Positions 26,601-39,349 of a DNA stretch of 64,000 bases are shown here, piece after piece. The translations under genes and the position numbers were made by a program. The notes beneath the pieces were generated by a model. It searched no databases, was not told the DNA's origin, and saw only the letters and a program-made list of their open reading frames with translations. Source of the stretch: Chiloscyllium plagiosum (Eukaryota); NCBI RefSeq assembly GCF_004010195.1, contig NC_057718.1:57998182-58062181 (forward strand), given 5' to 3'. Numbering within the stretch: position 1 is the stretch's first letter; each line of letters starts with the position of its first letter.

Positions 26601-28764
26601 AACTCCAAGCACCCTTTGAAATTGGTAGACCATGGTGGGTTAAGTAAGTAGACCCTTACTGCTCTGAGGTTGCTCAGCTTAAGGTGACACTGACTGACTA
26701 GTGGGATAATGTGACCTTTTCCACAGTTGGAGATTTCCAGAAGATCTCCCTATAGTGGAATTTAGACCCATCACTTATTGATGCTGACCTCCATTTTGTA
26801 CTATAAAAAAGTAGTGTATTCTCTCGTGTTCAAGCTTGGGTAAAACTTATAGCGAAGGTGACATGGCCAAATGCTAGAAAATCATTCATGCCTCAGGTCC
26901 CATCTGAAAAAGCACTATGTCTGGCACTAATTTTGTTTCAGGAATTTCCAGAAAGATTATCTGTTTAGTGATCAGTCTGCCTTTGGGTTCCACTCTAGAA
27001 TTTTCATAAGGGTTTTCTCCCTTAATCATTAATTTACATGAGGTATCCACAAGACATTGGAACTATTTTTTTGTTGCTGTGAGTTTGCTTCATTGGCACT
27101 ACAATGTGTTCACAAATCCAGGGGCCTGCACACTGCATATCTAGAGACCAAAACACCTTCAAAATGGGTTAACTACCGGTGATGTTAGGATGAGAGACTT
27201 CAGTGATTATTAATTGGCCACTTGAGGGCAGCAGTAGTCCCAAGGATAGGAAGGTAGACTGTTTGATCCCCCCTCCCCACCCACTGTTAAAGGTGAGTAA
27301 GTGGTGGGAAGGGTGCCCTCTGGAATTTGTGTGCCTCTGCAACTTCAAATCTATTGGCAAGGGTGTAAAAACCAGTCCAGGGTTTAGTTCTTGTTATTGA
27401 GGAAGATGCTGTAATACTGGCTTAATCCTTGAGGGGGAGACTTAACCTCAAGATGTGAAACAGTCTGAATGTAATCAATTATTTGTTTTCCCTCTTAGTT
27501 TGACTTAAAGCGCAGTAGCACTTTTTTTCCTTGAAAGAATCTGTTTTTGTTCTATGAGTTACTATGCCAGAGGAGGGAACACAGCTTTTTTTTGCAATGT
27601 CACTCCTTTGTCTATCTTTGAGTAACAAGTCAGTGCCTGACTGTATGGAGTAATTTTTGTTTGTTTAAAAAGTCACTTTCATTGAGTCTGCTGAGAAAAA
27701 AAAACACATTTCACCGACAACTGTATTAGTTTGGCCAGTACTTAAAACTTCACCAATTAAACCATAGATACAGATTACCTTGTGTTTACCAGGTGCCTCT
27801 TTCAGTGTGACATAATTTGATATTGAAAATGTGATTTGAAATGGATTATGTCATAACATGGATAAACATTGCAAGAGATCATCGTAGATCAAGATATGAT
27901 ATCAAAATAATAAATTTGCTGTCTTGAAACATCTCCTCAAATGTGTGTTTTTTTAAAATTCAATATCTTAGTTGTTTATTTAGGGTATAAAATTATGGGA
28001 ACTAAGGCTTGAATGAACAAATCAAATAGTAATCTTTTGATATCTACAATAGAATGTAAGTGCAAGTTGAATCATAAGAATTAGCATTTTTTACTTTATA
28101 ATTACCTTGCTATGCAGTCCATACAGACATCACCTTTTCATAAACAATATTTAGACTTGATCAATGTGGGGAAATGGTATTTTTCAAGTTGTACTTTGTA
28201 CTTTCCATATATTGTAATGGGGATTGTTGAACAGACAAAATGCACAGGTGAGAATATTGTGATTTTATTTTTGCCTTTATCAGTTTTCAACCTTCACTGT
28301 CACATAAGGTTATGTTGCAAATGGTCCAACCTTTGATATGCCTCTTATGGAGAGGATTTTGGGTATGTAAATTTTTAGATAACAAGGAATTGACCAGACA
28401 ACAAAAACAAAGCTAAAGATAAGTTTTTAAAGGTATTGACTTCCCAGCTGATTACAAAGCCACTTCAATCAGGAACCTATTTTTCTGTTCATGGTTGGCT
28501 CTTGTCCAATTAAATTGCACCACATGTTGGAATTAGTCCAGCAACTCCTGACAACAAACCTGGAACTTTAGACCACAGCTGTGGTGTCAAATTGGTCTTT
28601 TTAAACTTGGCAGCTTTTCAAAATCAGCTGTGTGAAAATAATTTTTCAACACTCTCCCACTTCTAAATAAAATGATATATTAATGCCTTCAACCAAAGTC
28701 AGAGGGAATATTTGATTGAATGTAAATTTTTTCTGGTACTGTGAAATGTTAACTGCTGTTTGAG

Positions 28765-29060
28765 CCTCCCCAATGGCTCCGTAAGCTTATCCAGTAATGC
28801 ACACTAGGGAGGTCACAGATTCAATTCGTGGTCTATGCTGAGCTGTCTGATTTCAGTCAGGGAGTTAGTTAAGTGCTATTATTGTGCTTAGTGCCCTTGG
28901 GTTAGGAAGGGAAAAAAATCAGACAATGATATTATATGTCATATTGCATTCTAACTAGAATTGTACGTATATTGGTGTCAGAGAAGGGCAACTGTCAGAG
29001 ATTGGTCTTGCTTCATTGAATTCTGATACTTACTGTTAAGACTTACTGTGAAGGAATTGC
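28765..29060 (+). mobile_element. Old tRNA-derived SINE
   Basis: B-box-like gattcaattc followed by a ggtctatgctgagctgtctgatttcag core. Confidence 0.4.
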
Positions 29061-29069
29061 CATTTGAAT

Positions 29070-29422
29070 CATGAGAGTCTCTAGAGTGCAGAAAGAGGCC
29101 ATTCAGCCTATCAAGTTTGCACTGACACTCTGAAGAGTATCCCACCTAGTCCCACTCCGTATTTTATCCCCATAACCTCACATTTACGATGGCAAATTAA
29201 CCTCATCTGCACATCCCTGGACACTATGGGACAATTTAGCATGGCCAATCCACCTAATCTACACATTTAGACTGTGGGAGGAAAGCACAGCACCTGATGG
29301 AAACCCACGCTCTCACAGTCAGAGCATGCAAACTCCACATAGACAATTACCCACGGCTGGAATTGAACCTGAGTCTGTGCCAATGCGAGGCAGCAGTGTG
29401 AATCACTGTGCCATAGTGCCAC
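29070..29422 (-). mobile_element. HE1-like V-SINE
   Basis: Aligns with the other HE1 copies; B box ggaattgaacc on the + strand. Confidence 0.85.
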
Positions 29423-31149
29423 ACTGTGTGGGGGGTAATGAAGAGGAGAAAGAAGGGATCAGAAACAATTTTTAAATAGCTTTTAGCAGTTTACTACAAG
29501 AAATGTCTCCTAAATGTTCCTCATCAAGAAAACTCTACATGTTTAAAAGTTTTACACATTAATTACACAATAATGCCAATTGTAAATTAAAAGAGAAAAT
29601 TTTCAGACATTTTAACATAGACAACCAAAACAATCAATTGTCAATCCACAGAGATTTTCCCCCAACAAGTAATCTCAGAATGTCTTTCGGATTTTCATAT
29701 TTAGGTCTTTTCTAGATCTTGAATAGTTGAACTGGGACATTAAAGATCGAGACTATGTTAGGCACAATTCCATTTTACACCGACAAAGCTGGATTGTGTT
29801 TCACAATTCAAACAATTCCCAAACAATTCCCTGAAAGGTCTCCTCACATGTATAAGAAATAATTGCCAAAAAATTTGGTCACATCCAAGAAGGTGTGATG
29901 TGCACTGCATGTGTCTTTTACAGCTGTTTCACACAGCACATGATATTCATGCCTCATGCCTATTAGAAAATGCAGCAAGCACTATTCATACAATTTATTG
30001 CTTGCATGCACGCTTAGGGGAGTGAATATACCATTTGTTACCACCATGTAAAGGCAGGCTCACCTCTCAGAATTGCAAACGACCTTCAAACTACCGGAAA
30101 ACACTGTTGGCAAGAGAAATTGCTTTAGCGAGTACAGAGAGTGGACCAATGCTACCTTGGGGACCCTAGTACAGGTAATGGATAGGAGAATGGAGATCCT
30201 GTTTCCTTTGAATAAGATAACCACCCCGATGCCACCTGAAAGAACTCAATGCTTAACTTCCAGGACATGGCTGTAATGCTGAAAGATGTTCACTGATCCC
30301 ATGGGAGTTGTCAAGACAACAACATTGCTTTATTCTCAAACCCCCAGCTTCTCTACTCAAAATGCTCCTCTCTCCTGCCTCACTTCAACTGATCACTGCT
30401 CCACATTTCAATCCATCTCCTTCTGTTCAGACACTCACTGACAATTGCCAGCTAATTTATCAGGATCGCGACCTATGTAAAACAATTCACTAGACCTTAG
30501 CAACAATCTTCTTTCTTTCTTGCAGGGGAAGGTACCAGCAGAAAGGACATTGCACAGCCAAATCTTCCTTGATGAAAAGATGGAGCCATCATAGGTTAAC
30601 AGGAAGCCAAGGCAATGGCACTGAACGAGACATGCCAAAGTTGTGGAGCCTGCAGCAGAACCACAGCCAATTTGGATGCCCATCCGTGCAGTTAGTGCCA
30701 AGTTTCCCCAGGTCTATAGAGCAGGAACAAGCATGTTCATTGTTTGATCATGGTTCTTGTGGTGACATGGCTTCTACTGTCAGTATCCTTTTCAGCTGTG
30801 CTGGCATTCCTGACAGAATTCATGATCCATCGCTCCAGAGGATAACTACCATTTGGGCTCATTATCCGCCCTATAATCTAAAGGCTTCACTGGAATAAGC
30901 ACATCATAATAAAAGGACCTAGCACAGGATGAATGAGTCATGACTGGTGTAAGATAGCAGGCACGTCCAATGGTCATAAATGAGCTGTGTGCCGACAGAG
31001 TTGAATTCCTTACAATTGATATAGACTGGGAAGAGGGTGTGGTATGGGGTATAAAATTTGGCAGCTTCCCATCTGGTGAGATTTGCCACATAAGCAAACT
31101 TGATGCTATCTCCTCCTACTTTGCTCTGTTCCATTAGCAACAAGTTTAG

Positions 31150-31275
31150 TAAGTTTTTGAAGAAGGGTCACTGGATTTGAAACGTTAACTCTGTTTTCCT
31201 CTCCACAGAAGCTGCCAAACTTCCTTAGTTTCTCCAGAAATTTCACTTTTGGTTTCAGGTATAAAGCATCTGAAC
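31150..31275 (+). mobile_element. Penelope-like pLTR 3' fragment
   Basis: tTGAAGAagggtcactggatttGAAACGTTaactctg hammerhead-like motif followed by a pLTR-type terminus. Confidence 0.6.
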
Positions 31276-31559
31276 TTTTTTGTTTTGTTCAAGTTTGGTA
31301 TTCTGTCTGGCATGGAGTGTCTCGGTAACCTTCCCAAAGTGATGGATTTCAAACTGTACGATGCTGCTGACATCACCTGTTGTAGCCTGAAAACAGCGTA
31401 TCCATAAAGGTTAAAAGTCATGGTGTTCTTATCATTTAAAAGCAACACAGTCCATGTCCTGGGGGGACGCATGAGTTGATGCTGTAATAAATGACATAGC
31501 TTGCTCACAACTTCCTTCTTTAAGTGAAAGTGTCTCAGTCTTTGTTGTTTAGTGAAGTT

Positions 31560-31905
31560 CATGCATTTTACAGATAATGAAGTACATTTGAAGTGTAGTT
31601 ACTGTAGTAATGTAGCAAACATGACAGCCAATATGCACACAGCAAATGTCCAAAAATAGCCATGATAATGACGAGATAATATAAATTTGATTGAAAAATA
31701 AATATTGGCCAAGGAACCAGAGATAAACATCCCCCCTCCCCCTCCCCAACTTCTCCATCATCCTGTAGCTCATCTGGAAGAAGGCATTTCCAAATGTGAA
31801 ACACTTTTTCTGTACTGCACAGGAGGGTCAGCTTTGATTGTTATGCTGTGGTCCTGGGATGAGACTTAAATCCATAAACTTCTGACTCAGAGGCAAGAGT
31901 ACAAT
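31560..31905 (-). mobile_element. DeuSINE-like (SacSINE1-type) SINE
   Basis: Head ctctgagtcagaag..taagtc, Deu-like core and cattactacagtaactacacttca tail on the minus strand. Confidence 0.65.
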
Positions 31906-32724
31906 CTAGATGATTAAGGGCTTGCTGAGTACCTGCTTTGGAGATTATATCCTGCACAACGGCCTCTTCACTGTGTTATGATCTGCTCCAGCTCACTCTT
32001 GCATTGTAGACAAAAGTTACCCTTTCAGACCACCCACGGCTGCAGTTAAATTGTATCTAAGGCAGCCAAAAAAAATTGCAGCATCGGCAAAAATAATCTC
32101 CTCAGCAACCATACATAACTTGTCAAAGTTAGAATACAGGCCAAATAATGTGCAGAAGTTAACCAGCAGGTTAAAGTGACAGTCCAGCTATTAAGCTACA
32201 AGTTAAGGTTTAAATATGAACAGAAACATGAACAACTTCCATTTATATTCCATTTACATAAGAAAATGTACTAAGGCATTTTTTTTTCAGGGGAGCTTTA
32301 AAGCAAAATTAGACACTGAACCATATTAAGTGATATCAGGGAAGATAGCCAAAAGTTTGATGGTAGGAGTGTCTTAAGCACTGGAACAATAGAAGTAGAA
32401 ATTAGGTCCCTGTAGGTATATTGGTCTACAAAATTATTCTGACTGCTTTTCCATCAGAACTTCACCTTCCTGCGCCATCGACATATCCTATTCCCTTACT
32501 TTCCAAAAATCTATTTATCTTTGCTTTGAATATATAAATCCATTGCTCTGTGGAATATAAAATTCCAAAGATTCTCAGGAGGGAAACATTTTCTCTGCAT
32601 AACACTTTAAGAACTGTACATGCTCCATTAGATTACCTACCATCTTTATAAACCTCAAGGAATAGAGGCCTGGTCTAATCAATCTAACTCAATGGACAAT
32701 CCACTTGTCCCAGCATCAGCTGAA

Positions 32725-32944
32725 ATGTCTAAAAACAAAAAAATGCCAGAAATCACAGTGAGCCAGGCAGCATCAGTGGAGAGAGAGCAAGGTAATGTTT
32801 GAGTGTCGACGACTCTTCATCAGAGCAACCATCTAGACTCGAAATATTAGCTTGCTTTCTTTCCATGGATGCTGTCTGATCCACTGTGATCTCCAGCACT
32901 TTTTGTTTTCAGTACAGATTCCAGCATCTGCAGTAATTTGCTCC
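32725..32944. mobile_element. Inverted Penelope-like pLTR insertion within an old CR1 3' end (about 32380-33030)
   Basis: Arms 32731-32826 and 32830-32944 are reverse complements. Possible TSD tcagctgaa / tcagttgaa. Confidence 0.75.
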
Positions 32945-33129
32945 TCAGTTGAACCTTCATTATACATCCAGAGAGTGGATCTGTTCTTCCTCATGGAGAC
33001 AAAAACTACATACAATACTCCAGGGGTGACATCAGTTATTCCTGGCTTCCCCCAGCAGACTTACTGGTTACATCTTCAAAAACTCTATTTGTCAAACCCA
33101 CTCTCCTCTCTATAAATCTGCACTGTGTC

Positions 33130-34830
33130 TATTTAACCATATTGACCCAGATGTTCAGATGGAATGACAGTCATTACAGCAGCAGAGGCAGGAGTTGTGC
33201 AATAGAAATCCCAAGAATTCCCCTGGACATTGAGATTTATGATGGGCAATTATCCAATATATGTAACCTTCCAAAAAATCCTCAACTCTGAGTTAGGGTC
33301 AGAGACCTCGGAAAGAGCACAGTCACGAGTAGTAGGCCAAATGATTGGTCAGAATATGAAGAATGGCAGAGAATGACTGAAGGATCAATCATGGCAAATA
33401 AATTAGAACTTGAGAGGAAGCTAGCTGAAACTTTATGAGGTGAAGTTGTCAAGTTGAAGCTGAAAGTTGCCTACCACAACAAACTATATGAAATTGTCTT
33501 CTTCTGTGGCAGGAGTAGCATGATGCATCAATACCTAATTCTGCATCAGGAAGTGGAAGGAAGCGAGAAATTTAATGAAGTTATGATCACGAGTGAAACA
33601 ACACTGAACAAAGCCTTTGGATCCCGATGAACCTCAATCAGGTTATATAAAAAAGGTGGTTAGTGATGTGGTAGCTGTGTCTGTGTTAATTTTCTAAAGT
33701 TTGCTTCCAAAGATAAACAATGGCAAGTAAAACAGAAAGCAAGAGTTTGTATAGGTATCTAGAAAGGAAAAGAGTGTGTAAAGTAAGTGTTCATCCTGTA
33801 GAGATAGTGAAGGGAAGTTAACAGTAGGTTGTAAAAAATATCAAATGTATTGAATATTTTACTTCTACCTTCATTATAGAGGATCCAAAAAAAGTCAGCA
33901 ATACCTGTAAGTCAGGAAGATGAAGAAAGACAGGAACTTGGTGTAATTATTATCATTAGGTAAGCAGTACTGAGCAAACTAATAGAGTTGTGGGTTGATA
34001 AGTCTTCAGTCCTGATGGACTTCACCTGAGGGTTTTAAAAGAAGTGACCCATGAGGTAGTAGATGAATAACATAGAACAGCACAGCACAGAAACAGACCC
34101 TTTAGCCCACCATGTCTTTACTGACTATGATGGCCTTCTAAACTAGACCCATCTGTCTGCTTAGGATCAGTATCCCTCTATTCTCTGCCTGCTCATTTGA
34201 TTGTCTAAATGCCTGTTAAACTTTACTGTTGTACCTGCTTCTACTACCTCCCCTGGCAATGTATTCAAGGCATCTACTACCCTCTGTGTCAAAAACCTTC
34301 CGCGCACATCTCCTTTCAACTTTCCCCCTCTCGCCTTAAGCTTATGCCCCTAATATTTGACATTTCCACCCTGGGAAAGAGACTATCCACCCTATACGTG
34401 CCCCTGGTAATTGTATATACCTCGAACAAATCGCCCCTCACTCTCTGAAACTCTCATAAAAATAATCCAAGTGTGTTAGACCTCTGCTTATAGCTAAAAC
34501 TATGATGTTAATTTTCCAAAATTCATTACATTCCAAGCTTTAGCCTTCTCCTCAACAGGCTTTGAGTTAATTGGCCTATAATTTCCATGTTTTTTTCCTT
34601 CCCTCCTTTTTTGAATAGAAGGGTAATATTTGCTACTTACTAGCTTGTTGGAACCTTTGCAGAATCGAGCAAACTTTGGAAAATTAACACCGACACGGCT
34701 ATTACATCACTAACCACCTTTTTAAGATAACCTAGATGAAGTTCATCGGGATCCAAGGGCTTTGTTCAGTGTTGTTTCACCGGTGATCATAACTTCAGTA
34801 ACTTTCTCGCTTCCTTCCACTTCCTGAGGC
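33130..34830. mobile_element. Mosaic of CR1 fragments, including a CR1 3' end (-) at 34070-34500
   Basis: CR1 linker/RT motifs (KS..PDGLH.RVLKEV) and a gttctatgtt tail. Confidence 0.6.
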
Positions 34831-34899
34831 AGAGTTAGGTATTGATGCACCATACCACTCTTGCCACAGAAGACAATTCCAGGTAGTATGTTGTGGTAG

Positions 34900-35700
34900 G
34901 CAACTTTCAACTTCAAGTTGACAACTTAAACTCCTATTGTTGCCATCAATGACTTCAGATGCACACAGAAACAGCTGTGAGTCTTGGGCAATTTTGGATT
35001 GCTCATATAATGATCAAGAGCTTTAGATACATGTTGATTTGGCTGCAGAAGAATCATCTCCATTCTTTTGGATGACATACTTTGGTCGAAGCCTTACTTT
35101 CTCCAAACATGCACCTTCCAACTCCCATGACCCATCAAAGCATACAAGTTGTCATTCTTCATTACAAGGAAAGAAAAATGATGGGGGGCCCATGTTCTCA
35201 GGAGTCTCCTTTATTGAACCTATAGAGCATGCACACAACAAGGCTATTACCTGTACGGTGGATGAGCTAAACAAGCACAGCACCACAAATAATTTCAAGA
35301 GGGAATTTTCAACATTATTCACAGGAGAGCCAAAGCAACAGATGACTTAGCATATCACTTTAAAATCACCAAAAAGCTAGTTTGTCTTTTCATATCAAGA
35401 AAGACTTCTGCTACAAGTGTAATTGTCTACTACCTTCTGTTACAGAAGGCTAAAAAGGAGATTGAATACATGCTGCACTGAGAGGTATCATCATCTCACA
35501 GTGATCCAGCCCAATTCTTGGTGCTCCCACATTGTGCCTAAACCTAATTCTTCTTTACTCATTTGTGTGATCTTGTCACAGCTCGATTAGGCTGTGAAAT
35601 GAGAAATTCATTCATGGGGTCCATTGACAAGGGCTTGGCAGCTTGTGGCAGTTCCATTTTTACAAATTTGCAGACAAACAGCGTTTTTGGCAGCTCCCAT
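34900..35700 (+). mobile_element. Gypsy pol (protease/RT) remnant
   Basis: FKREFSTLFTG; LLQKAKKEIEYML; VPKPN..ICVIL resemble the Gypsy RT N-terminus. Confidence 0.55.
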
Positions 35701-35924
35701 TTCATGAAGCGTCTAGACATTAATTATTCCAATGAAGTTTCCTGTGCTTGTGGTTTATGCCATTGATTGTTTAAAGTGCTGATTGCCCTTTATAGGAATG
35801 CTCTAACAATTCTTTTTAAAATAAACTTCTGAATGAATGGTCAATTTAAAATATTTTGTGCATCATTGTTACTGTGGGATTAATTATTTCTGTACAGACT
35901 ATATACTTTATATAAAATTGCATG

Positions 35925-36305
35925 AGTCATTGAGTCATAGAGTCATTCAGCACAGAAACAGACCCTTCAGTCCAACCAGTCCATGGCAAACGTAATCCCA
36001 AACTAAATTAGTCTGCTCCTTCCATATCCCTCCAAACTTTTCCTGTTCATATACTTATCCAAATGTCTTTTAAACATTGTAGTTGTACCCACATCCACCA
36101 CTTCCTCAGTAAGTTCATTCCACATGCAAACCATCCTCTGTGTAAAAATTTTGCTTGTGATGTCCTTTTGAAATCTCTCTCCTCTCACCTTAAAAATGTG
36201 CCGCCAGTTTTGAAATTCCCCATACTCAGGAAAAGACCACTACCATTAATTCTATCTATATCTCTCATTATTTTATTAACTGCCATCAGATTGCCTCTCA
36301 ACCTC
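35925..36305 (-). mobile_element. CR1 3' end
   Basis: FTQRMVCMWNEL..FKRHLDKYMNRK; repeat tail. Confidence 0.85.
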
Positions 36306-36589
36306 ATTGGCTTCTCTGTTGACTTAGCCCAGTTGGACTTAGTGGGACCTGGGAAGGCGTGTAGCTTATGGAATTTACAGGATGGGCTTCCAGGAAGGAA
36401 CATTTGCAGGTTCACTGACATGGAAGCTCAAAACCATTTGCGGAGAAGTGCTCACTATTGTCTTTCATTGTGCTAGAAATTGAAAGTGCACAATGGGCAA
36501 GGAAATGGCTCAGAGTAGACCGGGTAAGTGATGGACATGTGTGAGAGAATGGCATACAGCATCCACTGATGATAGGGCTTTTAAAGGGA

Positions 36590-37550
36590 AAGGTGAAGTT
36601 CAATCTGGATAAATGTGACGTATTGCATTCGGTATGACAAACAATTAATGGTAGGGCCTTGGGTAGTGCTGTACAACAGATGGACCTAGGGATTCAGGTA
36701 CATCATTTTTTGAAGTTTGCATCACATATAGAAAGGGTGGTTAAAAAGTTGTTTAGCACGCTTGCTTTTATTGCTCTGTCTTTTGACTTCTAAGGAATTG
36801 CAAAGTCATGTTGAGGTTGTACACGAAATTGGTGAGGCCTCTTCTGGAATACTGTGTCCAGAGTTGGTCAGCCAGTTATGGGAAGGATATTATTAAGATG
36901 GAGAGGGTTCAGAACAGATTTACCAGGATGTTGCCTGGTATGGAAGTTTGAGTTATAAAGAAAGGCTTGATGGCTGGGATTTCTTTCACTGGAGAATAGG
37001 AAGTTGAGAGGAGATCTTATGGAAGTTTATAAAATAATGAGGGATATAGACAGAGTTAATAGTAGTTGTCTTTTCCCTAGGATAAGGGATTTCAAGGCTA
37101 GGGGGCACATTTAAAGGTGAGAAGAGAGACAATTTGGAAAAACATGATGGACAGACTTTTTACACAGAGGGTGGTTCATGTGTGGAATCACACAACTCCA
37201 GGTTATAGTCCAACAGGTTTATTTGAAAGTACAAGCTTGTACTTTCAAATAAACCTGTTGGACTATAAACTGGTGTCATGTGCTTTTTAACTTTGTCCAC
37301 CTCAGTCCAACACTGGCACCTTCACATCATTAAGGGTCCAATGAACTTCCTGAGGAAGTGGTAGATGTGGATACATTTACAACATTTAAAATACACTTGG
37401 ATAAATACATGAATAGGAAAGGTTTGGAGGGGTATGGGCTAGGATTAGGCAGGTGGGACTAGTTTTGGGATTGTGTTCGGCATGGACTGGTTAGACCAAT
37501 GAGTCTATTTCTGTGCTGTATGACTCAATGGCTCTATGGCTCAATGACAT
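36590..37550 (+). mobile_element. CR1 3' region interrupted by a Penelope-like palindrome
   Basis: LVRPLLEYCVQ; LRGDLMEVYKIMRDIDR; tail repeats. Confidence 0.85.
37187..37330. mobile_element. Fold-back Penelope-like pLTR insertion
   Basis: Perfect palindrome 37203-37268; arms match 1590-1645 and 14530-14615. Confidence 0.82.
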
Positions 37551-37584
37551 TGGTCACAGAGCCATGTACTGTACATGACACAGT

Positions 37585-39345
37585 CAGGTGGAATTTCTAA
37601 TCTAGGGCCATCTGAAAACATTGTCTTCCATCCCCCCCCCCCACCTCCATCTCTGGTACCTCCCTGCAATAGATCCTGCTAGATAACTCATTCAGAGATG
37701 TACTCTTAGAACAGAGGCTGCATAACCAATGGGGATGGTATAAGGAGGGCCAAAGGTGTTCGTATCACCCAATGCCCTCTTTGCATAAAGTTCATCTTAC
37801 TCCCAAATCATACAATGGACTCTCACAACAGACCTTAATCCATGCAACTTTGTCTGTGGTCATAAATCAATGGTGGATGGTGTTACAAAGTCTTTCAGGC
37901 TTATATAGAGTGACTAACAATCAAACATATGATTAAAGCACATATATTTAGTTCAGATATCCTGTGGGTCTTTATCCTAGAGGCGTTAATCTCCCTCGGC
38001 GTGAACGTCCAAGAGTTGGAGGAGGCCCGACAAGTTGAAGATGGAGGCCATTTCTGGAATGTCCTGAGAGGTGATTTGTTAGGGGTCTGCATGTGGTTCC
38101 TCCTCTAGTGGGATATTTCCTGGCATCAACCTGTCACCTTGTAAGGAGGGGACACCCACAGGACACATCAATCCTGAGGACCAATGGGTGCAGTGATGGA
38201 GTATAGGTGTGTATACCTTTATCTCAGGGTGCTGGCCGAGGATCTCCATGGCAACTGCCAACCTGTCCATAGAGATAAACAGACAGACGATCACATGACT
38301 TGCTGCCCTGCTGCAGCTTTTGGGCAATGAAGGCCATTCTCTCCCACATCATTGCCTGCTGCTGTTGTTTCCCCTTGTGCCTGTGAGTGAAGTCACTGAT
38401 TGCAGACACTACAGGATCTTCTTGTCCATACTTGAGCAGTCCTGATCACCTCCTGCGTGGGCCAGAATTCTGTCCTTGTAAGGGTGAGGAGCAAAATGTC
38501 AGGCACACCTCCCTCTATGCCACTCACCCCTCAAGACATGTAAGGCCTTACCCTGCCCTATGATGAGTTGCATTCTCCAGGCAATTGAGAAGGGAGGGAT
38601 TGAGTGAGATGAAAATGGTAGCACAGGTTCTTTGAGCTGGTGCAGGTCAGCAGAAGATGGAAAAGTGTTCCCGAGGGAGTGAGGAGGTAGCACTAACGCC
38701 TTGTATGGTTAGTGATTTGGGAGATTTAGAGGAAACAAGCTTGGTGGGAGGTGGATGAAATAGCAGAGATAGAATAGGTGTGAAATGGCTGATAGAAGAG
38801 TGTGGCACTTACCCTAGCACAGCAGAGAAGGTCACTGACCCTACTTCAACACTGCTGCCCATTCTGCACACCATGGAGACTGCACTGATCAGGTTGGTAA
38901 TCTGGGACAGGTTGCCAGGATCAGATGGTGAAGCCTCTTCTGCCAGTTCTCTAGGAAGAAGACACCTTTTCATCAGCTAGTTTCCCAAGGTCCCTGCTGG
39001 TGAATCACAGGTGCTAGCATCCATCTCCGCCATTTTCAAATTCTGTTCTTTGGATGAGCAGGGATCTTCCAAATGCAGGTGCACAACTATCTTTTAAAGA
39101 TGGCATGGAGAAATGTTTGCTGGTTTGTCGGTGGATATCAGATGAGTGGTGAGTTGTGAGAATTGTGGTACGACGAGGCTAAAACCAGCCAAGACTTATG
39201 CCAGTGGGCATGGTGGGTAATTCATTAGGCTGGTTTTGTACGATACAGTGAGAGAACTCACCAGGCCTCATTGCGAAAACAATCTCCAAAAGAGTTTGAC
39301 ATAATTCAGCCTGAGCTAAAAATAAACACAAGATTCAGCCTATTG
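37585..39345 (-). mobile_element. Probable degenerate Harbinger-type element (Myb/SANT-like gene)
   Basis: Minus-strand start aaaatggcgg (about 39035), SANT-like decayed peptide, donor agggtaagtg (about 38810) and coiled-coil-like segment ERMA..SMDRLAVAME. gctgaat-type ends near 39305-39340. Confidence 0.4.
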
Positions 39346-39349
39346 TTTC

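Larger units (their letters stand above)
29900..32200. mobile_element. Degenerate PIF/Harbinger transposon: Myb/SANT-like gene (+) convergent with HARBI1-like transposase (-)
   Basis: Minus: QQRLRHFHLKKEVVSKLCHLLQ..TWTVL and INCKEFNSVGTQLIYDH (compare NRKGFHSINVQLVCD). Plus: WTNATLGTLVQVMDRRMEILFP. Interrupted by a Penelope fragment and a SINE; termini not identified. Confidence 0.65.

Noticed and set aside
28284..28368. Possible small exon with a gtatgt donor
   Set aside because: Ambiguous acceptor and unrecognisable translation; expected by chance.
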